A program made the translations under genes and the position numbers. Below are positions 54,634 through 64,000 of a DNA stretch of 64,000 nt, piece by piece (the stretch's first letter is position 1; each line of letters begins with the position of its first letter). The notes beneath the pieces were generated by a model. It saw only the letters and a program-made list of their open reading frames with translations. It made no database searches and was not told the origin of the DNA. The DNA is from Octopus sinensis (lineage: Eukaryota): assembly GCF_006345805.1 (NCBI RefSeq), contig NC_043000.1, positions 27,218,001 through 27,282,000 of the forward strand, written 5' to 3'.

Positions 54634-55674
54634 CATAGGTGTATGTGTTTGTGTAACCGTACATATATGCATGTATGTATTATCTAAATGTACATATACA
54701 TTCATATACACACACACACGCACACACACGCTCACATAAACATATATGTAAGCACGCATGCATGTAGCATATATCTGTGTGTGTGTGTCTTTCTATTTAT
54801 GTGAGTGTGTATCGGTAGGTATACATATCTAAAGGAGCGTGTATGTGTGTATGTAGCCTGTATTATTTGAGCGTTTATAAATTTCGCCGTACTCTATGTG
54901 ATTGGCCTGTCATCCACAATCATGGTGAATAAAAGTAGGAGCGAGGGGTGAGGTGGGGGTGGGGTGGAGTAGTGTGTGCTCTTTACATCGGAATAATCAC
55001 AGAGCAGATAATGCACATTGTAAACGCATTCAATTAATGTTTTAGGTTTGATAACAGAGATGTACAGCAGAGAGAGACTGAAGGCGCCAAAACCCAGCCG
55101 TCTTTACGCTTTGTTGTTCACCTATGTTAAAACACATTCAAATAGATACGAATATACACGCATAGCCACAAACAGTGACTGTTTTCTACAGACGTACATT
55201 TATATGTGACGCACATATACATAACACGGAAATATCGCACATATATTACACCTGCATAGAAGCTAAACATTTAATCAGAAACCACAGGAAAATACGCATT
55301 TACAAATATCTATATGGTAAACACAGCAATATAAAAATTGTGTAAATATAATAAATAGAAAACCAATATTAAAAAGAAAAAAAAAACAGAACTAATCTCA
55401 TTCAAACCACACCAGAATAAATCTGGAACAAACATATAGAATATTGTTTATGAATAATATAAGTTTTTTGAAATGAAGAAAAAATGAAAGCGAAAAATGG
55501 AAAAATTATATAAGACAAATAGCAAAATTTATCGTAATTTTTTAATTAAAAAATTTTTTTTCCGATATGAAAACAAATAGAAAAAAGAAAAAAAGAAAAA
55601 GAAAAAAAAACAAAATAGAAAATTGAAATGAAAATTTACCGAAAAATGAAATTTTGGTTTTCAAAGGCTGTTTT

Positions 55675-55720
55675 CATCATCATCATCATCATCATCATCA
55701 TCGTCGTCGTCGTCATCATC

Positions 55721-55752
<32 letters not shown>

Positions 55753-55820
55753 CGTCATCATCATCATCATCATCATCATCGTCGTCATCATCATCGTCAT
55801 CATCATCATTATCGTCGTCG

Positions 55821-55851
<31 letters not shown>

Positions 55852-55920
55852 TATAATCATCGTCATCATCACCGTCATCATCATAGTCATCATCGAAATC
55901 ATCGTCATCATCATCATCAT

Positions 55921-55965
<45 letters not shown>

Positions 55966-56055
55966 GCCATCATCATCATCTTCGTCGTCGTCATCGTGGT
56001 TCTTGTCGCTGTCGCCCCAACCGTCATCATCATCCTCATCGTCTCATTATCATCA

Positions 56056-56089
<34 letters not shown>

Positions 56090-56210
56090 GCCATCATCAT
56101 CATCTTCGTCGTCGTCATCGTGGTTCTTGTCGCTGTCGCCCCAACCGTCATCATCATCCTCATCGTCTCATTATCATCCAATCATCATCCTCATCGTCTT
56201 CATCATCGCT
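55675..56210. repeat. (ATC)n array with a ~90-bp duplicated unit
   Basis: cgtggttcttgtcgctgtcgccccaaccg occurs at ~55995 and ~56119. Confidence 0.95.
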
Positions 56211-56239
56211 TTAATCAATGCCGTTTTTACTTGTACTCT

Positions 56240-56980
56240 TGCTAGGCGCCGCTGTTCTCACAGCTGGACAATCCAGTACCACCACGGATAAATTCCTGCA
56301 ATCTCTGGCCTGACAGGGTTATCAAGAAGCACTGCTTGTTCACAATAAACTAAACATAGCTGGGAACGCCTCCAGAAAGGACTTCCCAGGTCCGAGCCGA
56401 GCGAAGAAACCCGAACAGCACACAGCTGGGCAGTGTCTAAGTATTGCTGACCTGTGTACCTAAATCAAAAAGTCATTGCGTATGTGATGAATCTGACTAC
56501 CTGCCAAGTCCACCCTGAGTGTTGCCCCGACATCCACCTTTAACATGGCAGAGAAGTCTGTGTTCTTCTGGCTAATTGGTAGGGTCTGGGTCATTTACAT
56601 CCCATGGAAGATAACCCCACTCAAATACAATTATCATTAAGTCAACAGATAATGATTTAAAACTTCTTAATATATTAGAAAGGGAGTAATTAACGATGGG
56701 GGTGGGGGTGATTGCCCTGGGGGGTAGTTATCGTCGGGAGCATTTGTCCTAGGGGCTTGATTGTCCTGATACCAGTTGATATGGTGAAAGAGGTCGCGAG
56801 GTGACCGAAGTTGAAAAATCGAGATGAGATACTTTCCTCTGCGGTCAAGCCAACATAGACGCTTTAAAGATCTACTTAGAATGGAAAGTGAGAGGAGAAT
56901 ACTACCTACCACAGAATTTGTGAAGGGATGGTGCCTACGGCTAAAATGTTTAGGGCGAATGCACATACTCTAAGCGCACG
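56240..56980 (+). pseudogene. Possible decayed L1/Tx1-like LINE 3-prime region, with a MITE-end fragment at ~56690-56773
   Basis: Weak EET..H....C..IADL zinc-knuckle-like trace across frames. The ggacaa-type subterminal repeats end in ctgatacc. Confidence 0.3.
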
Positions 56981-57467
56981 CCTGTATATCAGAGAAAAGC
57001 ATTTGAGTAAGAGCTCGAGGCTTTGGTGACCGACGTAAACCTGGATCTGTTGGACTTTTTGATTTGCCCTAGTTGAGGTTTCTCCTCCTGCAGGAAGACT
57101 GCATCCTTCATGTTATCGCAGAGTTTATCCAATATTTGTTTCAACAAACGGTTTCACATTAGGAATCATGCAGCACACACGTATATATATATGACCATGG
57201 TTTCTGAGTTGCATTGATCGCCAACTAGGCAATGATTGTTCATTTTAAATGAGCATCCTGCCTCTGCTCTCGGGGCATTAAGGGCATTCATGAAAATCTT
57301 TTCTACACCGCAGAATGGGACCCGTATATTGTATGTATTAAATAATCGTCCATAACTATGGGATCGTGTAGAATGCTTATTTATATATATGTATTTATGT
57401 GTGTGTGTGTGTGTGTGTGTTGTGTGTGTGTGTTGTGTGTGTGTGTGTGTGTGTGTGTGTGTCACAT

Positions 57468-57713
57468 GATCACGTCATCAACCAGGCTATTAAATGTGGT
57501 TAAACTTCGCTGGGCGCAACGCGTTTTGCCTTGTTTTAGCGTTCAAATAATGCCACCCCGCTGGCTAGGCGAGAAAGCGAACATTCCTCCCTGATCGAAG
57601 GGAGCAATGTGAAATGTTTTGCTCAAGAACACAACGAGCCGCCCAGTTAGGTAATCGAACTCACGATCTAGCAATCGCGAGTGCAACAGTTTAACCGCTA
57701 GGCTACATGTCTT
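57468..57713 (-). mobile_element. SINE family B variant
   Basis: Minus: tagcctagcggtt, gtgagttcgattacc, gtgttcttgagcaaaacatt. Confidence 0.75.
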
Positions 57714-57752
57714 TACATGAGCGCGCACACACTATCATGCACACATGCGCGC

Positions 57753-57793
<41 letters not shown>

Positions 57794-57824
57794 AGGAGTG
57801 GATGCACGATTATGTGTGTGCACA

Positions 57825-58050
57825 GGGCGGCGAGCTGGCAGAATGGTTAGCACGCCGGAGGAAATGCTTAGCAATATTTCGTCTGCCGCTACGTTCTGAG
57901 TTCAAATTCCGCCGAGGTCGACTTTCGTCCTTTCGGGGTCGATTAAATAAGTAGCACTTACGCATTGGGGTCGATATAATCGACTTAATCCCTTTGTTTG
58001 TCCTCGTTTTTCCCCTCTATGTTTAGCCCCCTATGGGCAATGAAGAAATA
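57825..58050 (+). mobile_element. SINE family A with probable 16-bp TSD
   Basis: Flanks gattatgtgtgtgcac / gatcatgtgtgcgcac. Confidence 0.9.
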
Positions 58051-59351
58051 GATCATGTGTGCGCACGCATATGTGTGCATGAAGCATATATATTTTATTT
58101 ATACAGGCATTGTTGTAAGTATGGTCTTGTACTCTAACTCAGTTTTGACATATATATTTTCTGATTGGAGAGAATATCTGTCGATACTTTAAACAATTCG
58201 GGTGACGGAGTAGAATCTGTTTTCATGGAGTTTCTCTATATGTTTTGTTGGGTCCTCAGTTGTTATTTCAAATACGAAATACCTTATGTATTGCCCATAA
58301 AATTATTTCCATTAAATGTCTTGCTGAAACCCCTTGCCAGCACCGTGAATTCGTTACAACTCACACAATAAAACAGGGAAATTATTTTATATAAAAGACT
58401 ACAATGTACATTTATTATAACAGCAATATTTTAAATTTCTTTCTATTGAAAACTCTTTACATTGTTGATATTTGATATTGATCTTTAGGAGAGCCTAAAC
58501 ACACCTTATAACAAAGAGAGATATTAAGTTGAACGGTATAGTGGAATTTCTTGACAATTTCAATATCCGTTTCTTTATTGCTTGAAGATATAAAATTGAA
58601 TCAAAGCTGATTAAATATTTATGTAATATTTTATTTCCTATTAAACTATCTTTGTGCAAACTGTTTCACTCCATATATCTTAATTAGGACCGTGCGAAAG
58701 CCCCGAATGCTGAAATGAAATATTCAGCCACAGCATACTTTCAATCAAGACCGCTACCTTTATAGCTTCTTGTAGAATGGGCGAGACTCGTGAACTTATC
58801 CTTTGTACAGTGGATGCTTGAGTGCGTACCAACAAATCAATATATTATGCGAGATTGGCCTGATGCTATCTCGAAGATTTCAATTGTGTTATACACATTG
58901 AAAACTTATTAAGTGGCGAAGTATTTGAAGACAGCTCGTAGTTAGTTTATGCCTTAACACAGATAACTTATCTCTCCTGCTGAGATTAACGGGATATTGA
59001 TTAATAATTCATTGAACTTTAAAGATGATGTGATGTTGGCTATGTTGGACAAAGTATCACGCTGTAGAATTACGGTATAGACTTTCATTTGTGTCTTTCA
59101 GTATATTTGATTCGTCTATGTCTCTCAGCATATCCCTCTTTATCCCTGGCACAAACTCTCAACATTTCTGCTCAAATACACACACACACACACACACACA
59201 ACACACACCACACACACACACACACACACCACACACACACACACACCACACACACACACACACGCGCGCATACAGACACGCATGCACACGCATACATATA
59301 TTGAGAAAAAATCTATCAGAATTTTGATTTAAAAAATTGTTTTATTTCTTC

Positions 59352-59399
59352 AATATTACTAGCGATTTCGTCCGTTTCTCGAACTTGTCAAATAAAATT
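59352..59399 (-). ncRNA. Minimal hammerhead motif, U3-A8 core variant
   Basis: aattttat-TTGACAA-gttc-gagaaac-ggac-GAAA-tcgc-TA-gtaatatt. Confidence 0.6.
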
Positions 59400-59600
59400 T
59401 TGTGAATGTACAAACAGCTTGTTCATTTATATAAAACAGATGTTTTCTGGGAGTTTTATTTAGAAGAAGAAGAAAACATTCTGTTTTTTGTTTTGAGTGA
59501 GGTTCCATGACAATAGAGATAGACAGATAGAAATATAAGTAGGTAGATAAGCTGATATGTAGATAGATAGATAGATAGATATATATATAGATAGATAGAC

Positions 59601-59677
<77 letters not shown>

Positions 59678-59804
59678 CAAAGGTAGTGATGGGCTTAGTG
59701 GTTATACTAATGTTCTCTAATGCAAAAACATGAAATTTGAAAGCGATGTGATTTTGTGTTTCAATGCAAACATCGAAGTTACACTATAAACATGGACATG
59801 TTCC

Positions 59805-59863
<59 letters not shown>

Positions 59864-60081
59864 ACACACACATTCACATACTTCATAAAGGGATCCTATC
59901 CAAAATGGAATGTTTGAAGGTAAAGTGAGTTTGCCTTTTGTTAATTCCAAATGTGTCTCATTTCTACTAATGTTCAGGTATATATATCTGCAGCATAACG
60001 ATGTTCTAGCTTTGCGTAGATCGTTAGCCACAACACGCATTTTTTCTCTCCTTGTTTCTCTCCTTGTTTCTTTCTGTGTAC

Positions 60082-60117
60082 CTTTCTGTAGAGGAGCGTA
60101 GGCTCGAGTCGTAAAAT
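60082..60117 (+). ncRNA. Degenerate hammerhead-like motif
   Basis: cttt-CTGTAGA-g-gagc-gtag-gctc-GAGT-cg-TA-aaat. Core substitutions, likely inactive. Confidence 0.35.
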
Positions 60118-60213
60118 ACTTTTTCTGTTCCTGAGCGTTATACTAATACATCTGTTTGTTTAGTATCTTTATGACTATGTGAAATAACAGCTATATATAT
60201 ATGGTTATAATAT

Positions 60214-60272
<59 letters not shown>

Positions 60273-60276
60273 GCAT

Positions 60277-60311
60277 AGCAATGATTAGTAAATTTACGAA
60301 ACCGGTATGCT
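60277..60311 (+). ncRNA. Minimal hammerhead motif, A3-U8 core variant
   Basis: agca-ATGATTA-gtaa-at-ttac-GAAA-ccgg-TA-tgct, in a ~190-bp cassette between (TA)n tracts. Confidence 0.6.
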
Positions 60312-60460
60312 TGAATCTCTTTAATACTTCCACATAATGACTTTTATTACTTTTATTCCTACCTCCGTTCATATAATTGTATATATCTATCGTTACTTTT
60401 CATAAAAAGCCTTTACTTTTGGGATTTTCAATGTGCATTTTCTTTTTGTAACATATTTCT

Positions 60461-60521
<61 letters not shown>

Positions 60522-61595
60522 TGTATTTATGTACGTATGTATGTATGTATGTATGTATGTATGTATGTATGTACGTATGTATGTAGGTATGTATGTATGT
60601 ATGTGTGTATGTATGTATGTATATATGAATGTATGTGTATGTATACACTTATAAACACACGCGACAAGCATGTGTGTAGCTGGGGGAAATCCTGTTGGAT
60701 GTACAATGAATCAATGTAAACATTATATGAAACATATGCATATCTGCAATCCATTCATGATTTCGAGGGGACCAGTAGGGGCAGAAAAAAAATCAGATGG
60801 AGCTAGACAAACGAGTGTTTCGAGAGTGACTAGAAGGCGATGGTGTAGGATCTGATAATTTCTGGGCACAGAGGTCGCTTTTAAAGTAAGCTGCGTCAAA
60901 TAATTGTGTGACCCATAGTTGAAAGTTTGTTGTATGCTCATATCACACCAATCTACTTTGCTTATATTATCTGAACATTTTATCAACTGTTCTTATTGTA
61001 ATTATATCCATTGTTTGTTTGTTTCAATTGTTAAGCTACTACATAAAGTCTCATAGACCTACTGCATTGATCATATCAATCAATCGAAGTTTTTCAAGTC
61101 ACTATATTACATATGTGTTCTAACTTATTGGCATTTCGCGTGCAGAACACTTTAGAGTGGTATACTTTCTCAGCTTTAATATTTCTATTTTGATATCATT
61201 GTTATCTTCATCGCAGCTGTATGCTTTCCACTAAATGAAATTAAATAAATGTTTTTGCATGAGGACTTCTGTGTAATCTTTGTCCTTTCTTGAATATCCA
61301 AATTTATGTTGTTCCATACATCGTACGATACTTGTTTTACTAATAATTCCCTTCGCTGAGGAAGCAGTCTCAACATTCGTATGCTGGAGTTTAATAATGA
61401 AGTGAATGTTAGACAGAACATTGAATCGCTTATATCATGTCTCTAAACAGAACAAAATGTTTCGAACCTCGGGTCTCATGCCAATGTCTGGTACTTAAAT
61501 GGGGCCATATGAATTCAGGAGGACGCTTTCTTCAGTGTGCAGCCAAAGTTGTCATTGCCTTGTTGCTAACTACGATCATGTTACAGTGGTGAATT

Positions 61596-61635
<40 letters not shown>

Positions 61636-61642
61636 GTGTGTT

Positions 61643-61990
61643 TGAAGGCGCATGGCTCAGTAGTAAGAGCGACGAGCGTACAATCGTGATGTTGTGAGTT
61701 CGATTCCCGGGCCGGGCAATGTGTTGTGCTCTTGAGCAAGATGCTTTTTTCACATTGCTCCAGTTATATATATATATTCTGAAAGCAAAATGTATAAGAT
61801 TTCTACGTTTCATATATATATATATATATAATATATTATTATATATAATATATATATATAATGTGGGTGAAGGTACATGCCTCAGTGGTAGAGCGTCGAG
61901 CTTACGATCGTGAAGTCGTGAGTTCGATTCCCGGACCGAGCTGTGTGTTGTGCACTTGAGCAAGACGCGCTTTTTCACGTTGCTCCAGTT
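61643..61990 (+). mobile_element. Two head-only SINE family B copies, each ending in (TA)n
   Basis: 61643-61764 and 61868-61990 both stop at ttgctccagtt. Confidence 0.85.
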
Positions 61991-62499
61991 ATATATATAT
62001 ATGTATATTTTTATATACACTCACACGCGCGCACACACGCATATTATATATACATACACATACATATGTGTAGAAAATAAATAGATATATGGAGAGAGAA
62101 ACTGAAAGACAAATAGTGAGAAGGAGAGAGAGAGAGGGGGAGAGTGAGAGTGAGAAGGAGAGAGTACATTCTGAAAGCAAAATGTCTCTAAGGATTAATG
62201 TCTGAAGTAATCCATACTGTGTTAGTGTGAATGGCATGGTAGGGTGGGTGGTAAACGATGTATTCGATCTCTTCTAATAATTCAAATTTCCAACAATAAA
62301 ATACATGAAAATAAATACATAAAAGAAAAAAAAAGCTAAAGTAAAGATCCAGTGAACATAATTTCAGCAATTGATAGTGAAATCTATGTAACGATGGATT
62401 TGAAAGATTGCTTTAATCTCAGTCATTATATCCTCAGCAAATCACTATCGCTGTCAGGATTGTGGTCATTGCTGTTGTTGTTGTAATCATATAATGATG

Positions 62500-62521
62500 A
62501 TCGTTTTCATCATCCTCGTCG

Positions 62522-62562
<41 letters not shown>

Positions 62563-63060
62563 GTCATCATCGTCACCACCGTCATCATCACCGTCATCAT
62601 CATCATCACCATCACCATCATCATCATCATCATCATCATCGTCGTCCTTATCATCAACGTCTTCATCGTAGTTGTTTTCTCCCTTGTTGTTTTAGTCAAG
62701 TTCGTCGTCGCCATCATCCTCATCAACATGATCATGACCATAATGATGATGATCATCATGATCATGATCATTGTCATCATCGTTGACAACATCAACATCA
62801 CCACCTTCATCCTCCTCCTCCTCCTCCTCCTCCTCATGATCATCATCATTATCATCATCCCCATCATCATCCCTACCACCAGCGCCATCATCATCATTAT
62901 CATCATCAACATCATTATCACCACCACCATTAACACCATGATCATCATCGTCGTCATCGTCATCATCATCATCATCATCATCCTCGTGGTTGTCATCGTT
63001 ATCGTCGTCGTCATTATTTTCGACACCCTCAGCATTATCATCAGCATCGTCATCAGCATG
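62500..63060. repeat. Degenerate (ATC)n array
   Basis: Direct reading. Explains the poly-M/I/D ORFs. Confidence 0.93.
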
Positions 63061-63716
63061 AACGTCAACATGAAATGTCATAATTACCGCTGTCATCCAG
63101 CTTGATGTCTGTCCTCTGATCTTCAGAGATTTTAGTTAATAATCCGATTAAATAGTAAAACTGCTTATGAAATTAGTCTTGGACTCGCCAGATTCAAAGC
63201 AGCTGCGTTCCACTTTCTTAAATCGAACCTAGAGCTAATTTCGTTTTAAGAGAACATGGCTACAACAAACATTTTGATAAACTTGGTTTTAAAAACAATA
63301 TTTCCTACGAATGTATCTGATCTCCGCATCTGGGAGTAAAATATGCCTCGATTTTCACATAATATTCAATAAATGTATCTCTCAGAAAGCTAAATAGATG
63401 TTTGATGCGTAATGTATATTCAAAGAAATGTTGCGTCAGAAGAAATATAATGTAATTCCTATTTATTTCTGTAATTAGCTTAACACGAAGAACAAAGGGA
63501 AACGTTATCCAAAGCTTTTTAAGATGTATTAGTAAAGTAAGAATTATAAGCAGTTTCAAACGCACAATAGAAATGTTTTGTACTCTGTGTTATCCTTGTT
63601 AGATATTAGTTAACAAAACAATCTTCTAAACGTTCTCATCGACAAAATCTACAATATTTTCTTATTCTTACAGTGAGTATGCAGATCTTTTCAAACATGA
63701 TATAGTGTGTACTAAA

Positions 63717-64000
63717 TATTTCTTTATTGCCCACAAGGGGCTAAACATAGAAGGGACAAACGAGGACAGACAAAGGGATTAAGTCAACTACATCGATCCC
63801 AATGCGTAACAGGTACTTTATTCATCGTCCCCGAAAGGATGAAAGGCAAAGTCGACCTCGGCGGAATTTGAACTCAGAACGTAACGACAGACGAAATACC
63901 TATTTATTTACTACCCACAAGGGGCTAAACAAAGAGGGGACAAACAAGGACAGACAGACGGATTAAGTCGATTATATCGACCCCAGTGCGTAGCTGGTAC
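63717..64000 (-). mobile_element. SINE family A, two tandem copies running off the window
   Basis: cccacaaggggctaaaca.aga.gggacaaac.aggacagaca occurs twice. Confidence 0.88.

Noticed and set aside
60880-61420. Possible decayed reverse transcriptase on the minus strand
   Set aside because: Only faint resemblance to RT motifs and many stops; needs a profile HMM search.

Overview
Eukaryotic, AT-rich, repeat-saturated non-coding DNA. The SINE families and microsatellite load suggest a cephalopod, probably Octopus (inference, no database search). I found no credible host gene, rRNA, functional tRNA or CRISPR array, and almost all listed ORFs are microsatellite translation artefacts. Recognisable content: about 30 copies of three tRNA-headed SINE families; one full-length but dead Tc1 (DD34E, IR/DR ends); a mariner remnant; R4/Dong-like LINE remnants; a (TAA)n-associated non-autonomous element; Helitron-like and MITE-like elements; and two Penelope-like (PLE) GIY-YIG endonuclease remnants. 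The main signal is non-coding. About a dozen type I minimal hammerhead ribozyme (HHR) motifs sit in cassettes embedded in or next to microsatellites, mostly (TA)n, and several cassettes are fold-back (inverted-repeat) structures resembling PLE pseudo-LTRs. In these motifs the catalytic C3-G8 pair appears to covary to U3-A8 (several independent sequences) and A3-U8. One HHR is carried by a tRNA-headed, Pol III-type SINE-like element. All folds and alignments were done by eye, and SINE and microsatellite boundaries are approximate.
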